Source: Utricularia gibba (Eukaryota; Plantae; Magnoliophyta). From it: DNA of 64,000 nucleotides. The stretch is from NCBI GenBank assembly GCA_002189035.1, contig NEEC01000020.1, forward strand, positions 1,736,001 through 1,800,000, written 5' to 3'. This document shows positions 36,074-48,835 of the stretch, one piece after another. Under the pieces are notes generated by a model. That model made no database searches. It saw only the letters and a list, made by a program, of their open reading frames with translations, and had not been told where the DNA came from. Each line of letters opens with the position of its first letter. The first letter of the stretch is position 1. The translations under genes and the position numbers were made by a program.

Positions 36074-37973
36074 CTAAAGTGCAGGAGGAGATGGAGGATT
36101 AACGGGAGGATTGGCAGAGGAACCGGTATGTCGCTCCATCCTAGCTCTCAACATGGCGTCATTCTCTCGCCCTATCCTTGCCCGAATCAGCGCCATCAGC
36201 TGCTCCCGATCAGCTTCAAACCCGAGTTCCGGGGCTTGGAACGTATCCGCGATAACGTCTAGCATGTTCTCATCCTTCGTCAGGGGATTTATCCTATCGA
36301 AGCGCGGATCCATGATTGAAAGCCCGAACTCTCGGCTGAACTGTCGCCTCTGGCGGTATAGAAGAAGGCCGATTAAGTCTCCGGCATAAATATCCAATAA
36401 TTCGGAAAAGCAGGCCGAGTTCACGAAATCTTCACAAAGCCTTCTGTGAGATGCCTCCATATTGAGCAGCTCCGCCTCCAGGGCCGAAATGCGATCCATG
36501 GATTGTTTCAACTCTACCTCCGCTTCCTCGAGTTGCACTTTGAAACTCTCTTTCTCAAAGTTGGCATCATCAATTGCCTTTCCCATTTCACCAACCAAGG
36601 TCTGCAACTCCTCTTCTCGGTGGGTACGCTTCCCGAGTATGCTTCTCAATGCGCTCCCTTCTTCCCCCAACGACTTTATCTTGGCATCCTGAGCCATGAT
36701 TTGAGCTTGAAGCCGAGAGACTTCCTCAGAATGGGATCCCATTTCCTTGGCCATCCCCCATCTGAAGGTCAAAGCCTATGGTAAAATCGGCAAGCGAGGA
36801 ATCAAATATATTTGCTTACCCAAAAAAAAAAAAAGAGAAAGAAAGAAGAAGAAGAAAGAAGAAGAATAGAAGAAGGGAAGGAAGAGAGTACACCTGCCAA
36901 ATCCCTTTGAGTATAACTTCTGGTTGAATTCCCGAAAGGTTGGGGGTAGCCTCTTCTAAGGCTTTTCGCAGCTCCAAGGGGAAGGAAGAGGGGGGGAGAG
37001 CAGGATCCTCCCTTATCTGAATCGGAGGGGTGGAAATTCCCCCTATGTCACTTGGAGGGACCGAGGTTGAAGCTCCGGCCGAAATCTGCCCAATGCCGGG
37101 AGCCGGGAGCCTTTCTTTTCCTTTTCCCGACGGAGGAGGAGTTGATTCCCGAGTCCCGGGAACCTCAACCACTTGACCCTCCGGGAGGTGACCGGCAGCA
37201 TCTGAGTGAGCTGAGGCTGAATCGGCCTGGGGGGAAAGTTAAAATGTTAGAGTCAAATACTCTTAGCAACGGGCCACCAGAAATAAGACAGACCTGTGCA
37301 GGGGAGGGCACCTCAGGTTCCTGCATCCTCTGCATCTCGGCGGAGAACCGCGCCATCACCAAATCTTCCAGGGAGCTTCTTCGAGCCATCTCTTCAGCTG
37401 CAAACGAAAGTAGGAAAAGCAATAAGGCATAGTGCCGATTCTAAGACTTGGGTAAGCTGAACCCAACTACCTCTTTGCCTCTTTGAGGGTTTGTGCGCAA
37501 GTACCTTAACCCTTTTCTTTTTCTTGGGAGCCCCGGTTTGAACAGGTGGGGGGGATTAGGGATGAAGCCGAAACAAGAGAAAAGGATGGAGAGAGGTTAA
37601 GAGGAAGGTTTCTCAAATCGGTGCCGTCGAAAGGAATGATATCGGGCCAATGGGGGTCTCGAGAACCACCAATAATACCTGATCTTTTCAGCGACGCACC
37701 CGAGAACATCAAGGCACAAGACTCGTACCCAACCGAGCCTCGACTAAGCCTCTCATAGAGAACTTCACGAGATTCGGAAGAAGACCGATACGCACCAAAG
37801 ATTTTGACCCTGAAAGGAGTTGGGGGATCGACTAGGAAGTTCCACCGAAAACCCAAAGGGGGAGCTACCCAAACAAAAGAAGACCACCAATCATGGTGGG
37901 TATCGGGGGCTTTAACAACAAAGTTGGAGTTATCTTCAAATCGGCAGCATTGAAAATGAGATCGGCCATCCAT
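36074..37973 (-). pseudogene. Spliced antisense gene in the Tat 3' region (low-complexity middle, coiled-coil C-terminus)
   Basis: Exons from at least 37973 to 37505, 37397-36894 and 36775-36074. GT-AG introns at 37398-37504 and 36776-36893 are phase-compatible. One in-frame TAA and one frameshift. Confidence 0.75.
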
Positions 37974-38583
37974 CGGGGACTTAGAAGCCCCAAACCCTAG
38001 AACGAGGCGAAAGTCAGAAAGGGTAAACGACTTAGAAAGGCGGTAAGTACCCGTCCAAAATTCTTGAAGACCTAAAGGGGAGTTAAGAAATCGTAGAGAT
38101 GCAAAAAGTCACGGAGAAGGAGCGGATACCTGGGAAATCTGTAATCTCCAGTGGATAACATGGCGGCAAGCACGGCGGAGTTCAGAGAGCGCTGGAATCT
38201 CGTGAGCGAACGAAGAAAGCAAAGGGGAGAAATGACAATGGGTGCGGATATTTATAATGGAAGGAGTCGGGAGACGAAGCGACGTGAGATTTGAGGTGCC
38301 CAAAAATGAGCGGGAAAAAATGTGGCGTGTTTATGAGCCGACGCGTGGCAGAGGTATCGGTACAAGGCGGTTTGTGGCTCATGCGAACAAGGCGGCACCT
38401 CAGAAGTCGGCATTGTGGTGATTCTGATTCCCCGACTTACCCCGGAAGGGCCAATGTTGGCAAATCAGAGGGGCTAAATGATAGGGGATAAATCGATCAA
38501 GGGTAACCGGTTCCTAAAAGGCTGCCAAAAGAGACCTTGAGGGGATAATGCCAGTCGATAGACCGATATTTGTAAGAAATCTG

Positions 38584-39361
38584 AGTTTCTTTTCGTTTCT
38601 GTTTTCCATGGCCCTTTCGGGCTAAAACCTTTAGTTTCTGGGAAGTAGATGAAGTTTTCTTCCAAGTCCTGAGCAATACACTCGGTTCTTCACTGAATTC
38701 CATTTGGATTCCGCATAATTCCACGCGTCTTGTTACAGTCTTTCTGTAACGACTCTTAGTCAAGGTCCATGGGTAGCAGGCCACTTCTCGCGGATTTTGG
38801 TGAAGATCAAGGTGAAGAGCACCAACTCCAACCCTGCTGGTTCGAGGGAAGTAGCAGATTGTTTGTGGCCTAGGTACCACGACAGTGGATAGGTTGTGAC
38901 CTCGGACCTACCACTGGCCATTGGCAACAGCTGGCGCACAATTCGGTTTTAAAGGCAATCGAAGGCAATCCTCTTGTCTTCCTAATCGTCCAAGGGGGAA
39001 TCACATGAGGCTATTCCCGTGCCTCCTTGTCAATCAGAGTGTAAGGGAGAGTAGCTATTCCTTGCTCCTATAACCAGCTATTCGGAAGAAATCAGTGAAA
39101 ATCAAGGCAAGGATGGACAAAGGAAGGAGATGGAGTCTTATTCCCAGGAACTGTGTCTTGTAGTCAAGGCCCATTACTTAGGTTGTATCTTTCATTTATG
39201 CATCTTAAAAACCCCCTTTTACAAAACCGTGACATTTTGTAGAAGTTGCTTGCAAACACTTTTCACGAAAAACAACTCCCTGAGATCGATACTCGTACTA
39301 CGCTTTCTAGTGTTTTACGTTTTAAAATATTTAAAATTTGTTGAGGAAATGACACGCAATA
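38584..39361 (+). repeat. Athila 5' LTR (left part missing)
   Basis: Aligns with 47893-48670 with about 35 substitutions in about 775 bp (manual count). Ends CAATA, versus CAACA in the 3' copy. Confidence 0.9.
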
Positions 39362-39367
39362 AATTTT

Positions 39368-39385
39368 TGGCGCCGTTTCCGAGGA
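39368..39385 (+). promoter_or_regulatory. Primer-binding site (tRNA-Asp type)
   Basis: TGGCGCCGTTTCCGAGGA, versus canonical TGGCGCCGTTGCCGGGGA, 6 nt after the LTR end. Confidence 0.85.
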
Positions 39386-39498
39386 GTTGTATATTTTTGT
39401 GTTTAGTGTTGTGTATAGTTTTTCTTTTTCTTTTCTTTTTCTTTCTTTCTTCTTGTTTTTCTTTTATTTTCGTTTTGCTGCTGTTTTTCTATGTTTTT

Positions 39499-42400
39499 AT
39501 GCATTCAGCTCCACCAAAAGGACACCGAAGCTTAAGATCATACCGAGACATCTTGTGCCCTTTAGATCCGGAGATTGAGCGCACATTTCTGGCGAAAAAG
39601 AGGGAACTAACTTCAAATCTACCTCCTGACGAAGAAATGGATGCTCAACCACCTACTGGAGTCCCCACAATGCATGGAGAACAGGAGCAACAGCATCCGC
39701 AATTTTTTCCAGTTCTACCGATCACTAATCATGGCCCAGCACTAAGGACCATAAAAGAAGAAATCACTGGCAGCCATGCTGACCGACCACTTTGTATCAT
39801 CTTTGACGCGGAAGAGGACATTGAGCTTCGACCATATTTGTTCTAGACACTTCCTAAGTTCGTTGGGAGAGAAAATGACGACCCAAATCGTCATCTTAGA
39901 GAGTTGCACACGGCTTGTGCATCCATGCGCCCAAAAGGTGCTACGAAGAACCAAGTCAAGTTGTGGGTCTTCCCTTTCAGTCTCACTGAGCGAGCCCTGG
40001 GGTGGCTGTATGCACTACCTCCGTCCTCTATTGCAACCTGGTAGCAAATGGTTCAAAAGTTTCTTGATAGATATGCGCCCCTAGGAAGAGCCTCTGCGAG
40101 AAGAAGAGCTTTAGCCACCATGCTACAAAGTGAACGAGAGAATTTACAGGAGTATTATGACAGATTCAACCGGATCTGTAATACTTATCCACAACATGGG
40201 CTTACTGAAGGTCAAATTTTACAACATTTCTATGAACAGAGGACAAATGGATGCCGCTTGTAATGGGTCATTACTAGAGAACCGCCACAGTGCTGATGCC
40301 CGAAGATTGATAGAACAAATGGCTGCCAACTCTTATTCTACTTCCAGCCGTTATGACTACTCATACCGAGCCCCTGGAGGAGATTCTCAGCCTGTAAAAT
40401 CAGTGCACGAAGTGGATAATTCTGAAGTTTTAGCTCAACTTACTGCTATGAGTGATACCTTGAAGCTTGGCTTCCAATCACTTCTCCAACAACAAGGAAG
40501 GTATCAAGGATCTTCAACCTCTCATTATTTTGATCCAAGACCTATGATACATGAGGTGCCAACAGAAGAGGTGAATGCACTGCCATCCCAACCAGTGAAG
40601 AACCCAGAGCACATCAACGCTATATCTTTAAGAAGTGGGAAGGATCTATCGGAACCTTACCCATGGTTCATAACTAAGGTGGACAGATCTGACGAAAAAG
40701 AACTTGAAGTCTTGGACGACGATGATGATGTGGATGAGGAGATTATTTTAGAGCATCCTGATGATTCTCCAGCTCAGAACATTCCTATACCAACGCCTCC
40801 TAAAGAAGTAAAGGAGAAGGAGCCACAAGAAGTTGATCAACCCAAGTCTCTAGTCATTCCACCTCCTTTTCCTATGAGACTTCGAAGGAAGAGCAAGGAC
40901 AAACGTGGACTGAAAGCATTCATGGAGGTGATGAAGAAGGTGAAAGTGAATATTCCCTTGCTGGACATGATAGATCAAGTGCCGAAATATGCGAAAATGT
41001 TGAAGGATTTATGTGACCCCAAGAAGAAGGAAAAAGTGGAAGAGGTAATTCCCTTGACTGAAAATATTTCAGCAATTATTCAGAGAAGGCTTTCAAGAAA
41101 GTGTAAGGATCCAGGTATGTTTTCCATACCTGTTACTATTGATGAGACCAAAATTTCAATGGCCATGTGTGATTTAGGAGCATCGGTTAATGTTATGCCT
41201 AGATCCCTCTATCTTTCTCTTGCATCTAAGCTAGGTAAACTTGAACCTACTAGTGTTGTTTGTCAATTAGCTGATAGATCACATGTGAAGCCTGATGGTA
41301 GAGTTGATGATGTGTTTGTGCATGTTGAAAATTTGATTTTTACTGTTGATTTTTTAGTTATTCCAATGGAGAGCAAAAATCCCATGATTTCGAAGTCCAT
41401 CATTTTGGGACGACCGTTTATGGCTACTGCAAGCACCAAAATTGATGTCCAAGCCGGCACAATTTCTCTACAGTTTGATGGACAGGTGCTGGACTTTAGC
41501 CTGGACAAAGCCATGCAATATCCGGACCAGATTAACAAGATTTGCTCAATATCTACATCTGACGTAGATGTAGAACACTTAGCGATGGTCCATGAGCAAG
41601 ATCCCTTGCTCAAATGTCTTACTGAAAACTTTGATTCTGATCGTATTTCCTTTTCTGATTCCGAACTTTTAAATTATCTTGATTATTTTCCTGAAAAACC
41701 TGAATTTTCTGAGTTTAGAAATGCTTGAGAAACTGCTGATTCCCTCCGTTATTCATGCCCCATTACTAGAGTTAAAAACACTGCCTAAACATTTGAAATA
41801 TTTATTTCTGGGCGAAAATGAGACTTCACCTGTTATTATCTCTAGTACACTAACCCTGGAATAGGAGGAAAAACTCAGGAGTGTGCTCCAGGAGCACAAA
41901 CAGGCAATTGGGTGGACATTGGCGGATATCAAAGGAATAAGCCCCTCCATATGCACTCACCGCATCTATTTGGAGGAGGGAACAAAGCCAATTCGCCAAC
42001 CCGAGAGGAGATTGAATCCACCTATGATTGAAGTGGTCAAGAAGGAGATTCTGAAGTTATTGGCTGCTGGTATAATCTATCCTATTTCTGATAGTGAGTG
42101 GGTTAGCCTGTGCAGGTTGTCCCGAAGAAAACAGGTATCACAGTCATGGCCAATGACCAAGTGGAACTCCTGCCTACAAGAGTGCAAAATGGCTGGCGAA
42201 TGTGCATAGATTACCGAAAATTGAACGCAGCCACCAAGGACCACTACCCACTTCCATTCATCGACCAAATGTTGGAAAGACTTGCTGGAAGGAGCCATTA
42301 TTGCTGCTTGGATGGATACTCCAGTTTCCATCAAATACCCATGGCTCTTGAGGATCAATCTAAGGTTGTTTTCGTTTGCCCCTTTGGTACTTTTGCTTAC

Positions 42401-44635
42401 CATAAAATGCCTTTTGGACTTTGCAATGCACCAGCAACATTTCATAGATGCATGGTTAGTATTTTTTCTGAATATGTTGAAAATATTATAGAGGTTTTTA
42501 TGGATGACTTTACGGTTTATGGAAATAGCTTTGATGAATGTCTTGCTAATTTTTCTTTGATTCTGAAACGTTGTGTAGAGACTAACCTTGTTTTGAATTA
42601 TGAGAAATGCCATTTCATAGTAGAACAAGGTATCATTTTAGGACATGTTTCCCAAAAAGGAATTGAGGTTGACAAGGCCAAAATTGAGGTAATCCAAAAA
42701 TTACCTTATCCTACTTGTGTGAGAGATGTACGTTCTTTCCTTGGACATGTTGGATTTTATCATAGGTTTATTCAAGATTTTTCGAAAATTGCATCTCCTC
42801 TATGTGCCTTATTGCATAAAGATGTTGAGTTTCATTTTGATGAAAAATGCATGCACACCTTTGATGTTTTGAAAGAGAAGCTTGTTTCCGCTCCCATTAT
42901 TCAGGCTCCCATTTGAACTAATGTGTGATGCAAGTGATGTAGCTCTAGGTGTGGTTTTGGGACAAAAGGTGGATAAACAATCCCATGTTATCCACTATGC
43001 GTCCAAGTGTCTTGATGATGCCAAAAAGAGCTACACCACTACAGAGAAGGAGCTGCTGGCCATTGTGTTTGCCTTGGAAAAATTTCGATCTTATTTGCTA
43101 GGAGCCAAAGTCATAGTCTATTCAGACCATGCCGCCTTGAGATATCTCCTCACCAAGAAGGATTCGAAGCCTAGACTCATAAGATGGATCTTATTGCTTC
43201 AAGAATTTGATTTGGAGATCAGGGACAAGAAAGGATGCGAGAATTTAGTTGTAGACCATCTCAGCCTCATCACTTCTGGAGAAAAATCAAGTCTTATCGA
43301 TGACAGTTTCCCGGACGAACACTTATTCATGATCCATGACGAGAGTCCCTGGTACGCTGACATCGTTAACTTTTTAGTGACTGGACAGTTCTTTGCAGAT
43401 TTCCAGCACTACCAGAAGGAGAAATTGAGGAGTGATAGCCTGAATTTCATCTGGGATGATCCATACCTCTGGAAAATCGGAACTGATCAGATTATTAGGA
43501 GATGCATCCCCCAAGATGAAGTGCACTCTATTCTTTCACATTGCCATGAGCTACCTTGCGGTGGATATTTTGGTGCAAAAGTTACTGCAAAGAAGGTTCT
43601 GGAGGCTGGATTTTATTGGCCTACCATATTCAAGGATGCCTACCTTCATTGCAAGGCGTGCCCAAATTGTCAAAGAGGAGGAAATTTGGGATACAAGGAT
43701 CAAATGCCCCTTCAACCCATTATCATGTGTGAGATCTTTGATGCATGGGACATTGACATCATGGGACCATTTCCGCCTTCTCAAGGGAAGCTCTACATAC
43801 TTCTTGCTGTTGATTATGTTTCTAAATGGGTGGAGGCCATTGCTTGTGAAAGGGATGATGCCAAAACCGTGGGTAATTTCTTGACTAATATTTTGTTCCC
43901 TAGGTTTGGACATCCCAAGATCATTATTTCAGATCGTGGCACCCATTTCGTGAATCATGCCATCAAGAGTGCATTGGCCAAATATGGAGTCAACCACCGC
44001 CTATCCACAGCTAGGCATCCGCAAACAAATGGCATGGCGGAAATATCAAATAGAGAGGTGAAAAGGATCTTGGAGCGTACCGTGAACCCAAATAGGCGAG
44101 ATTGGAGCTCAAGGCTCAATGATGCACTATAGGCATACCGTACAGCTTACAAGAATCCTATAGGAATGTCTCCAACAGAATGATCTATGGTAAGGCATGT
44201 CATCTACCTTTTGAATTGCATCACAAGGCATACTGGGCCATCAAGTCATGCAACCTGACTAGTGATCAAGCTGGGGAGAACAGACTTTTAGACCTAAAAG
44301 GGCTGGATGAAATTCGCCTCAATGCCTACACTAACCAGCTCCTGCACAAGGAAAAGGTAAAACGCTACCATGACAGTAAGTTACATGGGAAGCAATTTTT
44401 TGTAGGTCAAAAAGTTCTCTTATTTAATACTACCTTGAAACTCTTTCCCGGTAAATTGCGTTGTAAGTTGCTTGGATCTTATGAAGTTGTGAATGTTTTT
44501 CCCTCTGGTGCTGTTATTATTCGCTCATTTGAGACAGGGAAAAGCATTAAGGTGAATGGACACCGATTGAAGCCATTTTATGAGAAGTTTAAGCCGCACA
44601 GTGTGTGCAGCTTACTGCTAGTCGAGGGCCATTAA
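39499..44635 (+). pseudogene. Athila gag-pol, disrupted by several stops and frameshifts
   Basis: DPEIERTF, DDPNRHL and FPFSL gag motifs. ORFs 40130-41728, 41883-42209, 42110-42916, 42882-44132 and 44180-44635. Confidence 0.93.
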
Positions 44636-44925
44636 CAGATGTCACAGTCGGCCAATGACTGTAAATTGGCGCTGCATGGGAGGCAACCCATGACTTTAAT
44701 TTCGTAACCGTTACTAGTTCCTCGTTTTTATCACCCACTACTCCAAGTGACTTTACTTTCACCTGCCCCACGCCACCACTTACTCCCTTAACCGTTTCTA
44801 CACTCAATCTCCCTTTTTCTCTTTTGGCATTCCCATTTTTACTGACCGTTACCCCACTTCGCTGTTGTGCCTATGCTCCAATTCTTCCTTCTCTCGCCTG
44901 AAATTCTCTGATTTTCCAACCCACA

Positions 44926-46575
44926 ATGTCTGGACGCCCCACATCTCCGGTTACCCGAAGCGCAAGTGCTGCTAAGGCAGCAACTCGAAAGCGTCAACCT
45001 GCTGCTGCTGGACCATCCAGAAGAACCCAGCGTCGCCACACCAACAACCCAGCAGATGCTTCTATTCCCACTGCTCATGATCCATCTCTAGGCGCTGCGA
45101 CGGAGTCTGTTCCGATTGAAGCCACGCCTTTTACCATTGTGTCTCCGGTGCTGTACCTGGAGTGGTACCCAGTCCCTGCTGCCGCTACTGTTGCTGCCGA
45201 CGCACCTGAGTCCTCAGAACCAAATTCCCCAGCAGCAATTTCTGCTCCCGAGAGCCCGCAGCCCATACAACCGGAAGAACTTGCTGGAGAAAAAGGTACG
45301 GAAAAAGAAATTCCTCATCCCCTTCTCCAGCACAGGACGAAGATTCCCCTGAAGAATTCAACATCCACGAAGAGGTCGATCTCTGGATTTTTGAAATAGA
45401 GCGTGCTGCTAATGAAGGGCCATGCCTAGAGTTCCTTCCCGGAAAACAGGATGTAGATGAAGCAACTCAGCCCACACAGCGAGGTAAAGGACAGCGCGAT
45501 CGCACAAAATTCTAGCGAGACCGAGCATTGGAGTCCCCTTCTTGGACTCAGCTGAAAAACACTGTGAAATTTTTAGATAAGAATGCTCAACTTCTATTTA
45601 ATCTCTTTACCTCACGCAGAATTTTGTTTGATTTTAAGTTGCATACGCCTACTTTGGTGCATCTGAATCTACTTGCTGATATTAATCGCTTATTTGATGC
45701 TTCTCCTGAGTGGCGAAAATTTTTCTGAAATTAGTCTCCCAGTTTATCCCAAACTTGTTTTTGAATTTTACACTACTTTTGTGTTTGAGGATGTGGCTGG
45801 AAATCCCCTTGCTGAAAATTTGATTTCTTTCCGCCTTGAAGGCAAAAATTTTCGTATGTCTATCAATGATTTTAATGTGGCTTTAGGCTTTGTTTCTGAA
45901 TCTGATTTAGCCACTACTCGTTACCTCCAAGCCTTCTGCGATTATCCTGAACATTTTAATGTGCTGAATGCATATGCTTCAATGTCTGTCTGTGAGCCCC
46001 CATATTCTGTACGCAAACTCAAGGCCCATTACTTGAGGGCACCTGCTCTTTTAGTTCTTAACAGGTATTTGGGAGGCTGTTACAGCGCAACCCGACAAGG
46101 CACTAGCACCATTGCCAAGGTTATTGTGTTCTTTCTGTGGGCAATGATGAAGAAGCTCCCCATTAATTTAGGATGGTGGATTGCAACTCAAATGCACTCC
46201 ATCACCGCTAAAAATGAAAGAGTGCTCCCATTTGCTTCTCTCATCACCAAGCTCACCCAACACCTGAAAGTGAACCTGGAAAAACAGACCCTTAAGGTAG
46301 ATAATCATCTCCATTATCTAGATTTAGATGACCTGTTTTCTTGCAGCTACCTGTTTTCAAGCGGGTACCAAAAGTACCATTACTTCTATGCCTCCTTCCA
46401 TTGTGAATCCATATGGTACGCCAATAGACATTCCTTTGAGCACTGCACCCACTAGCCCCACCAAGCACACCCTACTGCTAGCTATTCAGAGTCTCTAGGC
46501 GCAAGTTTCTGCGCTTTCCACGAAGCTGAACACTCTTATGGCTACTGCTTCACACTACCGCATGCCCCATGATTA
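44926..46575 (+). pseudogene. Athila extra 3' ORF (historically called env-like), disrupted
   Basis: Pro/Ala-rich N-terminus (44926-45399), then W..F.EISLPVYPKLVFEFYTTF..ISFRLEGKNFRMSINDFNVALGF, typical of Athila extra-ORF proteins. Fragments can be joined through frameshifts. Confidence 0.75.
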
Positions 46576-47355
46576 AGGTACCCTCCGCTGCACTTGATGA
46601 TGAGGACATCCTCAAAATTAAGTGTGGGGGAGGAGTTTATGTTTCTTTTTATTTTCTAGTATTTTCTGGGCATTAGGACGTTTATGTGAAACTTTGTTGA
46701 ATTTTTTCTGTTTTCGTGCTTCATGTTTTTATTTTCCTTTTTGTTTTTGTTTGTGAAAAATCCCCACTATGCTCCTCAAGTACATTTGCTCCCACGAATA
46801 AGACTAGAATTTTTAGAATTGATCATGCTTAGGTTCATGAATTCCTTGCTGCTAGGAAAATACTCCAATTATTTTTCTTCCTAGATATCAAGCTTTTGTT
46901 GCATGTTTTAGGAAAGATTACACCGTGGCTATGATTACATTTTCAGTCCTTGTATATATTATGTTGTGAATAAATTTTTGCTGCTCCTATAGTGACCAAA
47001 TCGAGACCAAAAAAAATAGGGGTGCCAAAGGTAAGGATGTTTGGCGAAACCGTGGTTAACACCACACATGAGGTTTTGTAATCCAAATATTCTTCCCCAA
47101 AGCGGGGACCTCTATCAAAAAAGGAAAAAAAAAAGAAAGAAAGAAAATGGTCTTGAGTCACTATAGTGTATGTTCTTTGCTGTTTCTACCTTGATATTGT
47201 TAGTGTATAAGTAGTCATTGGTTAAAGGATAGGAAAAAGAATTGGAGTAAATACCTACTGTAGGAATGAGTGTACCTTAGTAATGCATCATGACTTAGGT
47301 TCTGCCCTTTTTCGTGGACTGCTATGATTTTCATACTTGAGGACAAGCATGATTT

Positions 47356-47371
47356 AAGTATGGGGGGAATA
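47356..47371 (+). promoter_or_regulatory. Polypurine tract
   Basis: AAGTATGGGGGGAATA, preceded by CTTGAGGACAAG and followed by TGTTAAG at the LTR start. Confidence 0.85.
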
Positions 47372-48670
47372 TGTTAAGTGTCATTTTCTAGTTATTATTT
47401 AGGTATAATTATGTATTAATTAAGTACTAAGTCGCCCAATTAGGAGTCTTATTATTAAGTATTTGATTTTTACTAGAAAATTCCTATTTTCCCATTTTGT
47501 ATATATTTTATGCATTTTTTCTCACACTTTGACCGAGGCATGTCAAGAGACTGTCAGGAGTGTTGCAGGAGGATTGCAGGTGGTCACACTCTGAGTTTTC
47601 GTGCCTTGTACGCGAGTTGGAATGATTGTGGGCGGAAGACTGACACTGGTCAACGCCCATGACTTACGGCATGTCAGAGTCTGCAGCAATTATTGGGCGC
47701 AAACTTGCACGCAAAGAAAGTCTATTGGCGCACACAAGACAGAAAAAATGATGGGAAGGAGACCCAAAGGAGTTAATACACGTGGGAAGTCATATAAAAA
47801 CCACTTGGAGCACTTAGTTTCGGACTTTTGAACATTTTCCCTTGTACTTAGAACTTTTGAGTTCTTCCTCCCCTCAAGGAGGAAGAACACTTAGTTTCCT
47901 TTCGTTTCTGTTTTCCATGGCCCTTTCGGGCTAAAACCTTTAGTTTCTGGGAAGTAGATGAAGTTTCCTTCCAAGTGCTGAGCAATACACTCGGTTCTTC
48001 ACTGAATTCCATTCGGATTCCGCATACTTCCACGCGTCTTGTTATAGTCTTTCTGTAACGACTCTTAGTCAAGGTTCATGAGTAGTAGGCCACTTCTCAC
48101 GGATTTTGGTGAAGATCAAGGTGAAGAGCATCAACTCCAACACTGCTGGTTCGAGGGAAGTAGCAGATTGTTTGTGGCCTAGGTACCACGACAGTGGACA
48201 GGTTGTGACCTCGGACTTGCCACTAGTCATTGGCATCAGCTGGCGCACAATTCGGTTTTGAAGGCAATCGAAGGCAATTCTCTTGTCTTCCTAATCGTCC
48301 AAGGGGGAATCACATGAGCCTATTCCCATGCCTCCTTGTCAATCAGAGTATAAGGGAGAGTAGCTATTCCTTGCTCCTATAACCAGCTATTCGGAAGAAA
48401 TCAGTGAAAATCGAGGCAAGGACGGACAAAGGAAGGAGATGGAGTCTTATTCCCAGGAACTGTGTACCGTAGTCAAGGCCCATTACTTAGGTTGTATCTT
48501 TTATTTCTGCATCTTAAAAACCCCCTTTTACAAAACCGTGACATTTTGTAGAAGTTGCTTGCAAACACTTTTCACGAAAAACAACTCCCTGAGATCAATA
48601 CTTGTACTACGCTTTCTAGTGTTTTACGTTTTAAAATTTTTAAAATTTGTTGAGGAAACGACACGCAACA
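47372..48670 (+). repeat. Athila 3' LTR (about 1.3 kb)
   Basis: TGTTAAG...CGCAACA. Left part is homologous to 63504-64000 and right part to 38584-39361. Confidence 0.9.
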
Positions 48671-48835
48671 AGTAGCTCCGTGGTTTTTCCGTTTTCCGGC
48701 GGTTTCCACGTAAAAATCTTCGCTCACTCTTATTTCAATTGAACCAACCGTGAAAACACGACTTAGTGTGGCATTCACGATCGCACCTATCACCTTAAAT
48801 CAGCCTTCAACCGGATACCGATTTTACCCATAACA
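48671..48835 (+). repeat. Probable right end (U5) of an LTR, possibly of the Tat element
   Basis: U5-like GGTTTCCACGTAAAAATCTT, ending CCCATAACA before AT-rich DNA. Confidence 0.45.

Larger units (their letters stand above)
32160..38583 (+). mobile_element. Tat/Retand-type gypsy retrotransposon, 5'-truncated, with long 3' region
   Basis: Starts mid-pol (RFPTSKGICMMGIDQPTARSCY). RT (WRMCIDF, MPFGL.N.GATYQR, EVYVDDM), Ty3 RNase H, second archaeal-type RNase H (HVDGS, NNVAEYEAL, YTDS), then integrase (CKVCQ, WGVDIMG, VTDNGSQF). The domain order is diagnostic of Tat. Confidence 0.93.
38584..48670 (+). mobile_element. Near full-length Athila-type gypsy retrotransposon
   Basis: LTR, tRNA-Asp-type PBS, gag, protease (MCDLGAS), RT (CLDGYS, FMDDF), RNase H (CDASD), integrase ([15 protein letters not shown]), extra ORF, PPT and LTR. 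Confidence 0.95.

Noticed and set aside
38497-39400. ORFs conserved between the two Athila LTRs (MTKSRYRK.., MESYSQEL..)
   Set aside because: Conservation simply reflects LTR duplication, and there are no protein features.
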